This document shows positions 36,819 through 45,472 of a stretch of DNA of 64,000 nucleotides, piece by piece (position 1 is the first letter of the stretch; each line of letters begins with the position of its first letter). This DNA is from Bryobacterales bacterium. Its GTDB lineage: Bacteria > Acidobacteriota > Terriglobia > Bryobacterales > UBA6623. The notes under the pieces were generated by a model. It worked only from the letters and a program-made list of their open reading frames with translations. It searched no databases and had not been told where the DNA came from. The DNA is taken from contig JAPPLB010000147.1 in assembly GCA_028819575.1 (NCBI GenBank), positions 251 to 64,250 of the forward strand, read 5' to 3'. Position numbers and translations under genes: made by a program.

Positions 36819-37328
36819 ATGCCGCCTCGAAAACCACCCTACAGTGCCAAGGCCGTCTCGAATTTCTTCCTGGCCAAAAGCCGGAAAATCACACAGATGA
36901 AGCTCCACAAGCTCCTCTACTTCGCCCACGGCTGGCACCTCGGACTCACCAGTCTGCCCCTGTTGGACGAGATGGTTGAGGCTTGGGATCACAGCCCCAT
37001 CGTGCCCTCCGTCTTCCACGAATTCAAACTCTTCGGCAGCCGCCCCATCACCTGTTTCGCCCGGGAGTTCAACCCTGATGAATTTACACGCGAAATCGTT
37101 CCTCCCGTCGATGCCAGCGACACGTTCGTCCATGATCTGCTGGAACGTATCTGGAAAGTCTACAATGGTTTCTCCGACGACCAGTTGTTCCATATGACTC
37201 GCGCCGCGGGCTCTCCCTGGTCGAAAACTCACAACGAGCATCCCGGTATCAAGGGCGTCGATATCCCCAACCAGTTGTTCGCCGAGCACTTCGCCGAAAA
37301 GGTCCGGGAAAATGCCCGATCAGCCTGA
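36819..37328 (+). CDS. Panacea (DUF4065/SocA-like) domain antitoxin candidate
   Basis: MKLHKLLYFAHGWHLGLTSLPLLDEMVEAWDHSPIVPSVFHEFKLFG matches the DUF4065 core (KL.KLLYF..g..l......l..e...AW.hGPV). Confidence 0.75.
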   Translation: MPPRKPPYSAKAVSNFFLAKSRKITQMKLHKLLYFAHGWHLGLTSLPLLDEMVEAWDHSPIVPSVFHEFKLFGSRPITCFAREFNPDEFTREIVPPVDASDTFVHDLLERIWKVYNGFSDDQLFHMTRAAGSPWSKTHNEHPGIKGVDIPNQLFAEHFAEKVRENARSA

Positions 37329-37692
37329 TACAGAAGACGTTCGAGACAAGGCTACCGAGAATACGCGCCAACAAGCCGGCGAACCGCAAGTCGACGTCGG
37401 TTCTCTTGATCAGGCAGAGCACGATGAGCGGCTGAAACAGCTTCAGCAGGATCGTCTAGAACGAAAAAAATACGCGGAGAAAATCTTTCTTCTGATCGTC
37501 ATTTGGCTTGGGGTGATCATCTCACTGCTATTCCTGCAAGGTTTCTGCAACCTGTTACGGACTAGCCCGGATTGCCAACCATGCTTCTTTCTGTCCGATG
37601 CGGTGTTGATCGCCACCGTCACCACTACGACCGCCAGCGTCGTAGCCCTGTTCGTGTTGGTCGCCAAGTACTTGTATCCGAAACGTCCTTGA
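37312..37692 (+). CDS. Small 2-TM protein, candidate membrane toxin partner of the Panacea protein
   Basis: 17-nt overlap with the upstream gene. Acidic/coiled N-terminus, then IFLLIVIWLGVIISLLFLQGF and VLIATVTTTTASVVALFVLVAKYLY. Confidence 0.5.
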   Translation: MPDQPDTEDVRDKATENTRQQAGEPQVDVGSLDQAEHDERLKQLQQDRLERKKYAEKIFLLIVIWLGVIISLLFLQGFCNLLRTSPDCQPCFFLSDAVLIATVTTTTASVVALFVLVAKYLYPKRP

Positions 37693-37996
37693 ACCTGAAA
37701 TCCCTCGCCCTTCACCATGTGCTGCAAGGCTGCGAGGAAGCCCTGCCAGAACGCCGATCGGCAGTCCTGAAAGCTGCCTTTTCGTCCCCTGACAGGAACC
37801 CGAACCTGTTGAACACCCGCCGTGCGCGCACAGCCGCGCAGGGAGCCGCGATCCCGACTTCATGCATACCCATGGGCCTTTTTTCGCTGTAACGCGCAGG
37901 ACGGCCCGCAGAGCACGGATTGACGCCTATTACAGACGTACTCACCGACCGTTTTGACCGATTCCGCCGCGAATCCACGGTTTCACCCCCCGTCGA

Positions 37997-38047
37997 GGGT
38001 TCTCCGCTTTCCGCCAGGTCCGGGTGAGCGAAAAGCTCCCAACCCTT
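37997..38047 (+). promoter_or_regulatory. Hairpin element copy 2
   Basis: Sequence gggttctccgctttccgcc-aggtccgg-gtgagcgaaaagctcccaaccctt. CAGGAGGA, then ATG 38070. Confidence 0.75.
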
Positions 38048-38069
38048 ACGAACAGGAGGAAAACTCAAC

Positions 38070-38333
38070 ATGGCTAACAGCACAACCACCACCGATCCGC
38101 AGCGAACCGGACTGTTCGCTGCCTTGCGCAGTGCGAATGCTGACGAGTTGCTGGCTTATAATGCCGTCGAAGAGGTTCGCAACATGGCCGCTCAGAACAT
38201 CGACGAGAAGTTCGAAGTCCAAAACGCGAAGTTCGACGCTGTGAACGCCAGCATCAATTCGCTCCGCTGGATGACTGGCGGCCTTTTGATCCCCATTTCA
38301 TTGGGCATCATTGGTCTTTTGTTGAAGAGCTGA
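38070..38333 (+). CDS. DUF1640-like coiled-coil protein with C-terminal TM (paralog of 35868)
   Basis: 87 aa with the same architecture as 35868..36146. Confidence 0.55.
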   Translation: MANSTTTTDPQRTGLFAALRSANADELLAYNAVEEVRNMAAQNIDEKFEVQNAKFDAVNASINSLRWMTGGLLIPISLGIIGLLLKS

Positions 38334-38346
38334 CCTCTTCACTCCC

Positions 38347-38390
38347 GGCCGTCGCCGCTAGGCCCCAGCGGCGGCGGCCTTTCTTTCTCC
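38347..38390 (+). terminator. Rho-independent terminator
   Basis: GGCCGTCGCCGC...GCGGCGGCGGCC (1 mismatch) followed by TTTCTTTCT. Confidence 0.6.
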
Positions 38391-38530
38391 CTCACCACTG
38401 GCGATCACCAATCTCTCTGCCCTTGAATTGCAAGCTCAGAGAGATTGCGCCTGGCGCTCCTTCTCTCGACACCTTCCCCACACGGTGTTGCTGAGAGAAG
38501 CTCCCCCGCTCGGCTGACCGTCCCCTGGTC

Positions 38531-38581
38531 GGGTTCTCCGCTTTCCGCCTGGCAGTCGTGAGCGGAAAGCTCCAAACCCTT
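38531..38581 (+). promoter_or_regulatory. Hairpin element copy 3
   Basis: Sequence gggttctccgctttccgcc-tggcagtc-gtgagcggaaagctccaaaccctt. CAGGAGGA, then ATG 38605. Confidence 0.75.
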
Positions 38582-38604
38582 ACATCCAGGAGGACCACTT
38601 CACC

Positions 38605-39420
38605 ATGGCAGATCAAGACCCCGATGAATCCTTGGAAGAGAAACGCAACAGCTACGAGCGCAAGCTTTACGCCAAGCGCGAGAGGCTGCTCGCACGCGCC
38701 GACAAGGCCGAGCGGGAAGGCGACGCCCGCATCAAGAGAGCCAACGACGACGCTTCGGTGATCCCGCTGGGACAGCCGATCCTCGTAGGCCACCACTCGG
38801 AAAAGCGCGACCGCAACTTTCGCAAGCGGATCAACACCAACTTCACCAAAGGCCACGATCTGAAGCAGAAGGCTTCGAGGCTCCGCCAGCGGGCGGCCGG
38901 CGTCGGAACGGCCGGGATCTCTTCGGACGATCCCGATGCGGTCGTCAAGCTCAGCGAGAAGCTGGAGGAACTCGAAAAGAAGCAGCGGCTCTACAAGGCG
39001 ATCAACAAGGCCTTGCGCAAGGCCGACCGCACCGGCAGCGACGAGGAGCTGAAGGAGCTGGGGCTCAGCGACAAGACCATCGCCGAGCTGAAGACTCCCG
39101 ACTTCGCCGGCTATCGCGGCATCCCCTCTTACGTTCTCTCGAACAACAGCTCGAACATGCGCCGGATCCGCCAGCGGATCGAGGCGCTGCGGGAGGCCGT
39201 GGACGACCGGACGAGCGAAGAGGTCCACGGTGAAATTCGCATCGTGGACAACGTGGAAGAGAACCGCGTGCAGGTTTTCTTCCCCGGCGTTCCTTCACAG
39301 GAGGTTCGCTCGAAGCTCAAGCAGAACGGTTTCCGATGGTCGCCCACGGCGGGAGCGTGGCAGAGGCATCGGAGCGAAGCCGCGCTGTGGTGGGCGCGGC
39401 GATGCTGCGGAGTGGAGTAA
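38605..39420 (+). CDS. DUF3560 domain protein
   Basis: GQPILVGHHSEKRDRNFRKRI plus a C-terminal VQVFFPGVPSQEVRSKLKQNGFRWSPTAGAWQR module. Recalled as the DUF3560 pattern common on plasmids. Confidence 0.7.
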   Translation: MADQDPDESLEEKRNSYERKLYAKRERLLARADKAEREGDARIKRANDDASVIPLGQPILVGHHSEKRDRNFRKRINTNFTKGHDLKQKASRLRQRAAGVGTAGISSDDPDAVVKLSEKLEELEKKQRLYKAINKALRKADRTGSDEELKELGLSDKTIAELKTPDFAGYRGIPSYVLSNNSSNMRRIRQRIEALREAVDDRTSEEVHGEIRIVDNVEENRVQVFFPGVPSQEVRSKLKQNGFRWSPTAGAWQRHRSEAALWWARRCCGVE

Positions 39421-39437
39421 CCCCATGTCCGCAACCT

Positions 39438-39478
39438 GGCCCTTGGGGATCAACCCGATGCCCAAGGGCCTTTTTTTA
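39438..39478 (+). terminator. Rho-independent terminator
   Basis: Perfect 10-bp stem GGCCCTTGGG/CCCAAGGGCC, then 7 T. Confidence 0.8.
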
Positions 39479-39479
39479 T

Positions 39480-39505
39480 GCGCTTGAGCTTCCGCGCTTG
39501 AGCGC
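39480..39505 (+). repeat. GCGCTTGAGC tandem motif, copy A
   Basis: Sequence gcgcttgagc-ttcc-gcgcttgagcgc, immediately after a terminator. Confidence 0.6.
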
Positions 39506-39699
39506 CATTCCGATCCAGAGAGACTGACGTCGATGTCCAGCGGCCGCAGCTTCACTGGATCAATATTCGAATCCAGCGAGTTTCGGTCCGGACGCGATTG
39601 CTCTGTCCGCGAAAACAGTGTCAGATTTCATCACGCTTGCGGCCGACGTCGCCACTTCTCATTCCCGTAATCTGAAGTCAGAGCACTTGGAGCCCTCTC

Positions 39700-40005
39700 A
39701 TGAGCCAACTCTACGATCCCGACAAGGAACGCCCCGCATGGTCATCGGCCAAGCCCATCCCCTGCGCCGATTGCGGCACCCTTCTCGAAGACGACTGGTG
39801 GAAGAGCGGACCGCAGGCTAGCGTCTGCCGTCGATGCCAGAACAAGCGCTACGAAGCCAAGACCCGGGGAACCCCCGAAGGCGAGCGCCGCCGCAAGCGC
39901 AAGACGCTGCTCGCCAAGCTCAAGCGCCTCGAAGACCGCATGGAGCGCGATCAGCGCACCCATGCGCAGGTCTGTGAAGAGCTGAAGTCCCTCAGCAACT
40001 CCTGA
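39700..40005 (+). CDS. Small zinc-ribbon + basic coiled-coil protein
   Basis: 101 aa with CADC...CRRC, then an R/K-rich helix. No hairpin element upstream. Confidence 0.5.
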   Translation: MSQLYDPDKERPAWSSAKPIPCADCGTLLEDDWWKSGPQASVCRRCQNKRYEAKTRGTPEGERRRKRKTLLAKLKRLEDRMERDQRTHAQVCEELKSLSNS

Positions 40006-40111
40006 CCTCAACAACCAACTTCGGCGTGCGGCGCCGGAGCGGGCCCCGATCGATGGGCTCGTCCGGCTTTCCCTAGCTGCTCTTTACTTGAGCCTTGTCC
40101 TTCCTCGCGGC

Positions 40112-40165
40112 GGGTTCTCCGCTTTCCGCCAGTCACAGGTGAGCGGAAAGCTCCCCACCCGCCTT
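40112..40165 (+). promoter_or_regulatory. Hairpin element copy 4
   Basis: Sequence gggttctccgctttccgcc-agtcacag-gtgagcggaaagctccccacccgcctt. CAGGAGG, then ATG 40182. Confidence 0.75.
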
Positions 40166-40181
40166 ACAGGAGGTTTCATCG

Positions 40182-40442
40182 ATGACGCAGAAAACCCACT
40201 CGATCATCGCCTACACCGCCGATGCCGACATCTACTGCCCCGGCTGCGCCCGCGAGTACTTCAAGCTCATCCACGGATGGAAGTTCGCCCTGGCGCTGCT
40301 TAGCGCTCCGCACGACCAGCACGGCATTCCGGAAACCATCAAGGACCAGGCCGGCAACGAAGCCGGCGTGGTTTTCGCGATCAGCGAGCCCGCCGACTAC
40401 CCCGAAGCCTGTTGCGCCTGTTTCGAGCTCATCCGCGATTGA
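40182..40442 (+). CDS. Small Cys4 protein
   Basis: 86 aa with CPGC near the N-terminus and CCAC near the C-terminus. Confidence 0.5.
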   Translation: MTQKTHSIIAYTADADIYCPGCAREYFKLIHGWKFALALLSAPHDQHGIPETIKDQAGNEAGVVFAISEPADYPEACCACFELIRD

Positions 40443-40509
40443 TCCTTACTCGCTCTCCGCTCGTTTTCGTTCCGTCTTTCAGCACTGTGTTCGTACTGTC
40501 CCCCTGCCC

Positions 40510-40561
40510 GGGTTCTCCCGCTTTCCGCCGTCCCAGGGTGAGCGAAAAGCTTTGAACCCTT
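40510..40561 (+). promoter_or_regulatory. Hairpin element copy 5
   Basis: Sequence gggttctcccgctttccgcc-gtcccagg-gtgagcgaaaagctttgaaccctt. CAGGAGGA, then ATG 40585. Confidence 0.75.
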
Positions 40562-40584
40562 TCGAGGCAGGAGGACAATCAATC

Positions 40585-40998
40585 ATGGCAAGCGCGAGAA
40601 AGACCGTCAGCTTCCGTTGCGACCGCGCGTTCTTCGATCGCATGGTCGAGGCCAGCAACAACCACCGGCTCAGCCTTTCCGAATGGATGCGGCGATCATT
40701 GGAGGAAACCGTCGAGCTGCAGCTCCCCCGCAGCGTCTCCAGCGGCTGGAAACAGGCCATCCTCGAGGAAGGCAAGATCGGAGCCTTCTTTGCCGGCAAC
40801 ACCGGCAATCTCCCGGAGAACCTGATCGGGAAGGCCATCGAGGCTGTCACCGATCAAGGCATCACCTGGACCGGCGTCATCGACGAGGTGCGTTTTCGGA
40901 CCCACCGCATCGTGATCGTCAAGGTCCGGCCGCGCGTCGCGCGCAGCCAGGTCGTCCGGGAAGAGCAGCCCACGGCCGTCGACAGCGGCGCCGTCTGA
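40585..40998 (+). CDS. Ribbon-helix-helix (CopG/Arc-like) domain protein
   Basis: Start at ATG 40585 after the SD. KTVSFRCDRAFFDRMVEASNNHRLSLSEWMRRSLEE fits a beta-strand/helix/helix pattern. Confidence 0.55.
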   Translation: MASARKTVSFRCDRAFFDRMVEASNNHRLSLSEWMRRSLEETVELQLPRSVSSGWKQAILEEGKIGAFFAGNTGNLPENLIGKAIEAVTDQGITWTGVIDEVRFRTHRIVIVKVRPRVARSQVVREEQPTAVDSGAV

Positions 40999-41021
40999 GC
41001 CACGTCGCCGCGCTCATCCGT

Positions 41022-41053
41022 CCCGCCGCGCCTTGCGGCGGGGCTTTCCCTTG
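41022..41053 (+). terminator. Terminator-like hairpin
   Basis: CCCGCCGC-GCCTT-GCGGCGGG, then CTTTCCCTT (weak T-tract). Confidence 0.5.
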
Positions 41054-41054
41054 A

Positions 41055-41125
41055 AAAACCCTCTCTCCGGAGCCGCTGACGCGGCGATCCGCTTCGAAGT
41101 GGACCCCCAGCACCCCCGGATTCGA
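41055..41125 (+). repeat. 71-nt intergenic repeat, copy 1
   Basis: 56/71 identical by hand alignment to 46012-46082. Contains the GCCGC-TGAC-GCGGC hairpin and GTGGACCCCCAGCACCCCCGGATTCGA. Confidence 0.65.
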
Positions 41126-41407
41126 GCCGGATCCGGATGGCGCTGCATCCTGCCGAGCCCATTATCTTGCGTTCGATGAGAACGCGCCACCCCAACATCT
41201 TGTGTCTCCGAAGTTCCGCGGACGGCAACATCTTGGTGCCCGCCCCTGGCTTCGCCCCGGCTGCGATCGCACACAGCGCTGGCTCAACTTCACGAGCCAG
41301 CGCGCTCGGTGCCGGCGCCCTTTCGCTCTTGCCACTCAAGCCGTTCCAAGAGACGATGCGCATGAGACTCCCCATGCGCTTGCGCCCCTTCGCCGCCCTC
41401 GCCTGGC

Positions 41408-41458
41408 GGGTTCTCCGCTTTCCGCCTGGTACGGACGAGCGGAAAGCTCCCAACCCTT
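41408..41458 (+). promoter_or_regulatory. Hairpin element copy 6
   Basis: Sequence gggttctccgctttccgcc-tggtacgg-acgagcggaaagctcccaaccctt. CAGGAGGA, then ATG 41479. Confidence 0.75.
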
Positions 41459-41478
41459 GCCACCAGGAGGATTCCATC

Positions 41479-41736
41479 ATGGAGAACGTCATCATCGCCA
41501 ACCCCACGTCCGTTGCCGAATCGTGGGAAATGATCTGTCCCGGCTGCCGCCGCGACGACGAGATCCGCATTAAAGCGACCATCGAGGTCATCCTGCACCG
41601 CCACGGAACGGACCCCACCGATTCCGATACCGAGTGGGACAACGCCAGCATCGCCTTCTGCGAGCACTGCGGCTTCACCGGCATTGTTCGCGATTTCTAC
41701 GACGCCTTCAGCAAGCACAACAGCGGCGGCCGTTAG
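41479..41736 (+). CDS. Small Cys4 (zinc-ribbon-like) protein
   Basis: 85 aa starting at ATG 41479, with CPGC...CEHC. Confidence 0.5.
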   Translation: MENVIIANPTSVAESWEMICPGCRRDDEIRIKATIEVILHRHGTDPTDSDTEWDNASIAFCEHCGFTGIVRDFYDAFSKHNSGGR

Positions 41737-41800
41737 GCCGCCGTTACCCCTCCCAGTAGCTGCTGCCGGCGGCAGCCCTTCCGTTTCCTTCCCCTGAGTC

Positions 41801-41851
41801 GGGTTCTCCGCTTTCCGCCAAGCAAGGGCGAGCGGAAAGCTCCAAACCCTT
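41801..41851 (+). promoter_or_regulatory. Hairpin element copy 7
   Basis: Sequence gggttctccgctttccgcc-aagcaagg-gcgagcggaaagctccaaaccctt. CAGGAGGA, then ATG 41875. Confidence 0.75.
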
Positions 41852-41874
41852 ACCCCTCAGGAGGACACAACTCA

Positions 41875-42411
41875 ATGAGTGCTTTCGTAGTCAACCCGAC
41901 GCACATCGCCACGTGTGCGCAGATCATCCGCGAGATCGTTTTCCAATACGAAGACGATCCCCCCAGCGACACCGGCATTCGCATGGACCTGGCCATGGCG
42001 AATGTCATCAGCGTCGCCTACCGCTACGGTCCGGAAGGCCAGCGCGACAACCAGGCGATGTTCGCCTCGACCCTCACCAAGCTCTCCGATGCCAACTGGG
42101 ACACCATTGACGCGGCTCTCCCCGCAGGAATCAGCGACGTGAACGAAGCCTGCTTCGACGACGGCTACACGTTCTCGGACTTCCTCAGCGATTGCCGTTC
42201 CGCCGAGGCCATCCCCTACAGCAACGCCGAGGCCTGCGAGTACCTCAGTTGCCTCAACTACCAGTCGTGCGAATCGCCCGGCTGGAAAGACAGCAAGGCT
42301 CGGATGTGGATTCTCGAATCGAAGTCCGTTCTCGCCGGACGGCTTGCCAGGCAGGTTCTGGGAAACCGCCGCGTTTGGTCCACTCGCGAACCCGATCATC
42401 AAGTCGCCTGA
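41875..42411 (+). CDS. Hypothetical acidic protein
   Basis: 178-aa ORF behind hairpin copy 7. No family recognised. Confidence 0.55.
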   Translation: MSAFVVNPTHIATCAQIIREIVFQYEDDPPSDTGIRMDLAMANVISVAYRYGPEGQRDNQAMFASTLTKLSDANWDTIDAALPAGISDVNEACFDDGYTFSDFLSDCRSAEAIPYSNAEACEYLSCLNYQSCESPGWKDSKARMWILESKSVLAGRLARQVLGNRRVWSTREPDHQVA

Positions 42412-42435
42412 TCGCTCTTCCCCTTCTCCTTCCCA

Positions 42436-42468
42436 CCCCCGCCGCGATCGCGGCGGGGGTTTTCTTTG
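42436..42468 (+). terminator. Rho-independent terminator
   Basis: CCCCCGCCGCGA/TCGCGGCGGGGG palindromic stem, then TTTTCTTT. Confidence 0.75.
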
Positions 42469-42509
42469 TCGATACCGCGCTGCCGGCCGCACCGCGCTTC
42501 CTTCGCTGC

Positions 42510-42558
42510 GGGTTCTCCGCTTTCCGCCTGACACGGGCGAGCGGAAAGCTCCCAACCC
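42510..42558 (+). promoter_or_regulatory. Hairpin element copy 8
   Basis: Sequence gggttctccgctttccgcc-tgacacgg-gcgagcggaaagctcccaaccc. AAAGGAG, then GTG 42585. Confidence 0.7.
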
Positions 42559-42584
42559 AACCCAGCGAAAGGAGATCTTCCCAG

Positions 42585-42920
42585 GTGAAGACAAAGCCCG
42601 AAACCATCGAAGTGATGTTCCGAAAATACCGGGACAAGAGCACGGAGATCCTCGCCGTGTTCCCCTACGAGGCCCACGACCGCGCAGGCGGGTACGTGAC
42701 CTGCTATGCGCACATCGGCCAGCACGGAGGCGCCCAGATGGCGCACGTCCACTCCGCAACCCGGCCGGCGAAGCCCGATGAGTACGACTCGCTGTATCGC
42801 GAGCTCAAGCAAATCTACGAGCGGCCGAAGTTCCCCGGCGATCCCGTCTACAAGCTCAGGATCGTCAAGCGGCGTTCCTCGAAGCGCATGAGGGAAGCCC
42901 TTGAGAAAGCGAGGCGATAG
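42585..42920 (+). CDS. Hypothetical small protein
   Basis: GTG 42585 lies 10 nt after GGAG (alternative ATG 42615). First gene of a three-gene coupled unit. Confidence 0.45.
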   Translation: MKTKPETIEVMFRKYRDKSTEILAVFPYEAHDRAGGYVTCYAHIGQHGGAQMAHVHSATRPAKPDEYDSLYRELKQIYERPKFPGDPVYKLRIVKRRSSKRMREALEKARR

Positions 42921-42924
42921 CGCC

Positions 42925-43221
42925 ATGTCCGATCAGTTGCACTTCATCCGCAGCGGCGTCGAGCTCGATCCGGAAGTGAAAGTCCCGATGGTCGAGTGCG
43001 GTTGCTGCGAGTTTCACCACCGTTCCGACTTCTGGGGCGACTGCCGCACCGACTCCCAGCGCTTCATGCCCCACCATCCCGCCGACGGCGAGCCGGAGTA
43101 TGTCTGCGCGGACGGCCACCACTGGATTTCCGATGCCGAATGGATACGGCGCGAGGACGCCCGTACCCAGCAGGCCAACTCTCACCCTCACACCCCGAAC
43201 ACCGAAGGAGCCTCATCATGA
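42925..43221 (+). CDS. Small Cys/His-rich protein
   Basis: Start at ATG 42925. Contains ECGCCEFHH...CRTD...CADGHH. Confidence 0.45.
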   Translation: MSDQLHFIRSGVELDPEVKVPMVECGCCEFHHRSDFWGDCRTDSQRFMPHHPADGEPEYVCADGHHWISDAEWIRREDARTQQANSHPHTPNTEGASS

Positions 43222-43556
43222 TTCGCCACGAAGAGATCGAAATGGAAACCCTGCCCGATCCCTGCCCCGATACGTCCTATCTGGAGCAGGAGGGCTTCGA
43301 AGAACGCATGCGGCAGGCCGAGAACGGCCACTTCGGATTCATGGGAATCCGCGCAAGCTGCACCCTCCGCATCGGGATCGGCCAGGCCGATCACGTCATT
43401 CTTCACCGCTTCAAGAGCCCCGGCGTTTGGGGAGTCGAAACCGACTCCTCACCCGAGCACATCCGGATGCTCTTCGAAGACGAGCGGTCAGTCCTTCTCG
43501 CGATGCTCGACGCCATCGGCTGCCGGCGCAGCGGAGGCACCCACAGCACTTCCTGA
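43218..43556 (+). CDS. Hypothetical protein
   Basis: ATGA overlap with the previous gene. 112 aa. Confidence 0.45.
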   Translation: MIRHEEIEMETLPDPCPDTSYLEQEGFEERMRQAENGHFGFMGIRASCTLRIGIGQADHVILHRFKSPGVWGVETDSSPEHIRMLFEDERSVLLAMLDAIGCRRSGGTHSTS

Positions 43557-43615
43557 GAACCTCTTTTCAACCAGGCCCTTGCGCGTCCCCGCGACGCCCG
43601 AGGGACTCTTTCCGT

Positions 43616-43641
43616 GCGCTCGAGCTTCCGCGCTTGAGCGC
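43616..43641 (+). repeat. GCGCTTGAGC tandem motif, copy B
   Basis: Sequence gcgctcgagc-ttcc-gcgcttgagcgc, followed like copy A by ..ATT..GAT(T)CCAGAG. Confidence 0.6.
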
Positions 43642-43763
43642 AAATTGATTCCAGAGCAAATGGATCCAGAGTCGGATTCCTTTGCTCGGCCGACAATCGC
43701 TCTTGATCGACAATCACGATCAGCGCGGCTGACCTGCAGTCAAGTCCTTCCTCCCCCTGTCGA

Positions 43764-43814
43764 GGGTTCTCCGCTTTCCGCCAGGTACGGGTGAGCGGAA
43801 AGCTCCCAACCCTT
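43764..43814 (+). promoter_or_regulatory. Hairpin element copy 9
   Basis: Sequence gggttctccgctttccgcc-aggtacgg-gtgagcggaaagctcccaaccctt. CAGGAGGA, then ATG 43838. Confidence 0.75.
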
Positions 43815-43837
43815 TGCCATCAGGAGGAAACCTCATC

Positions 43838-44065
43838 ATGTCACTCTCCCCCACCGTCGAATTGAGCCTCACGCTACAGGCGCAGCGCGAGGACGACGCT
43901 CCGGAGAAGCCTGTCTGCGCCCGATGCCGCAGCACCGAGATCACCTTCGACGCCACCGCCTATTGGGACGCCAGGCAGCAGCAGTTCGAGTACGACATTT
44001 TCGGCGAGAAGGCGCTCTGCCTGAATTGCGACGGCAAGCAGCCCGTCGATTGGATTCCGGCCTGA
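43838..44065 (+). CDS. Small Cys4 zinc-ribbon protein
   Basis: 75 aa starting at ATG 43838, with CARC...CLNC. Confidence 0.5.
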   Translation: MSLSPTVELSLTLQAQREDDAPEKPVCARCRSTEITFDATAYWDARQQQFEYDIFGEKALCLNCDGKQPVDWIPA

Positions 44066-44095
44066 CCATCCCGCCTCTTGCCTCCTGCCTGAACA

Positions 44096-44145
44096 GGGTT
44101 CTCCGCTTTCTGCCATCTACGGGCGAGCGGAAAGCTCCAAACCCA
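44096..44145 (+). promoter_or_regulatory. Hairpin element copy 10
   Basis: Sequence gggttctccgctttctgcc-atctacgg-gcgagcggaaagctccaaaccca. CAGGAGAG, then ATG 44168. Confidence 0.75.
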
Positions 44146-44167
44146 TTCATCCAGGAGAGATCGCCCG

Positions 44168-44674
44168 ATGACTCGAACCCTCGTACTAGACCACAGCCCC
44201 GCTTCCCTCGACTCCCCCACCTGTCCGCGTCCCGCTTTCTACAGCATGAGCGATCTTCTCGAAGCCTCCATCATCGATGCCCGCTCTCTTGATTCCCGCA
44301 TCTACCAACCCAACTACATCGCCTTGCACGATGCCTCCGTCAGCGTGCAATGCCAGGTCTGCCTGGCCGGCTGTCTGATCGCGGGAACCCTCGAAGGAAC
44401 ACCGGACCAATCGTTCACACCCGAACACTTCGACAGCAACGTTCGCGGCAACCTCGAATCTCTCAACTGCATGCGCCAGGGCCGCTGGCTGTTCGCGTTC
44501 TACGAGTTTTACCGCCACTGGCCTCGCACCCCGATCGAAAACCGCCTTCGCAAACTGCCGAAACCCGACAACTCCCGTTTCCGCTGCTGGAACAGTTTCC
44601 ACTCCCACCTGAATTCCCTGGAATCCACGTTACCCGAGCTGCGCGAGATCGAGCTGAGCAAGCATTGGTTCTAA
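44168..44674 (+). CDS. Hypothetical protein
   Basis: 168-aa ORF behind hairpin copy 10. No family recognised. Confidence 0.5.
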   Translation: MTRTLVLDHSPASLDSPTCPRPAFYSMSDLLEASIIDARSLDSRIYQPNYIALHDASVSVQCQVCLAGCLIAGTLEGTPDQSFTPEHFDSNVRGNLESLNCMRQGRWLFAFYEFYRHWPRTPIENRLRKLPKPDNSRFRCWNSFHSHLNSLESTLPELREIELSKHWF

Positions 44675-44691
44675 TCTCTCCGCTTTCCGCC
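44667..44691 (+). promoter_or_regulatory. Hairpin element copy 11, left arm only
   Basis: Sequence ggttct-aatc-tctccgctttccgcc. No GAGCGGAAAGCTCC partner, SD or ORF follows. Minus-strand genes start 60 nt later. Confidence 0.6.
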
Positions 44692-44753
44692 AGGTAACAC
44701 GAATCGGTTCGGGTGTACAGCATGCTGAATCGCCAAGGCCAGGAGAATACTAG

Positions 44754-45173
44754 TCACTCGTCCTTGACCTCGGCTTGAAGGATCACCGCGGTCTCGCTTC
44801 CGCCAAACCTGGACTTGAATACGGTCATCCCGGCGTACTCGTACTCCGGCGGCGCTTCGTTCATTTCCTTTTGCATCGTGCCGGTCCGGCTGGTCGCGAG
44901 CAATAGGTAGCGGTAGCGCCGGCCCTCGGGGTCCAGCGTCATGATGACGACGACTTCGTTGCCGGCAAAAGCAGTCGTGCCTCCTTGCGTACCAACGAAG
45001 CGGTAGCCCCGCGCACCGGCTTCGTTGAGTTCCTTTTGCATGGTGCCGGTCCGGGTGGTGGCCAGCAGCAGGAACCTGTCCGTCTGCCCGGCCTCCTTTT
45101 CTACGGCGAGAAGATTCGTAGCGACAAGCACCAGGGCGATCGTGATGCAGGTGCGGATCTTAGTCATGGTCAT
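44754..45173 (-). CDS. Secreted protein with two internal ~55-aa repeats
   Basis: Signal MTMTKIRTCITIALVLVATNLLA. LLLATTRTGTMQKELNEAGARGYRF and LLLATSRTGTMQKEMNEAPPEYEY are duplicated. Start taken at ATG 45173. Confidence 0.6.
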   Translation of the reverse strand: MTMTKIRTCITIALVLVATNLLAVEKEAGQTDRFLLLATTRTGTMQKELNEAGARGYRFVGTQGGTTAFAGNEVVVIMTLDPEGRRYRYLLLATSRTGTMQKEMNEAPPEYEYAGMTVFKSRFGGSETAVILQAEVKDE

Positions 45174-45472
45174 CCTTCCTTTTGGTGCCGGCCAAGCGTT
45201 GGGCGGGTTCGGTGGTGTCAGCATAAACGTCTCACCACAAATAACGGGAATTATATCAGCGTGCAGGTGGTGCGTAGCGTAGCTTGGAGTACTCTATGGC
45301 CGCCAGCGAACCTGTCTTCAGTTCGACCGAAAACACGACAGCAAAGGCGCTTTTGATGGTATCCCCGATGGAATCCAGCTTCCTCAGGGCCAACGCTGCG
45401 CTGCCGCTCTTCGCTCGCTCACGACCACTGATCGATCGCCGGCGCCGCGAGCTAGCCCTCGCGTTCGGCGCT

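Noticed and set aside
38549-38565. Sigma-54-like TGGCAG-N5-AGC in the loop of hairpin copy 3
   Set aside because: It falls in the variable loop and is not conserved in the other copies.
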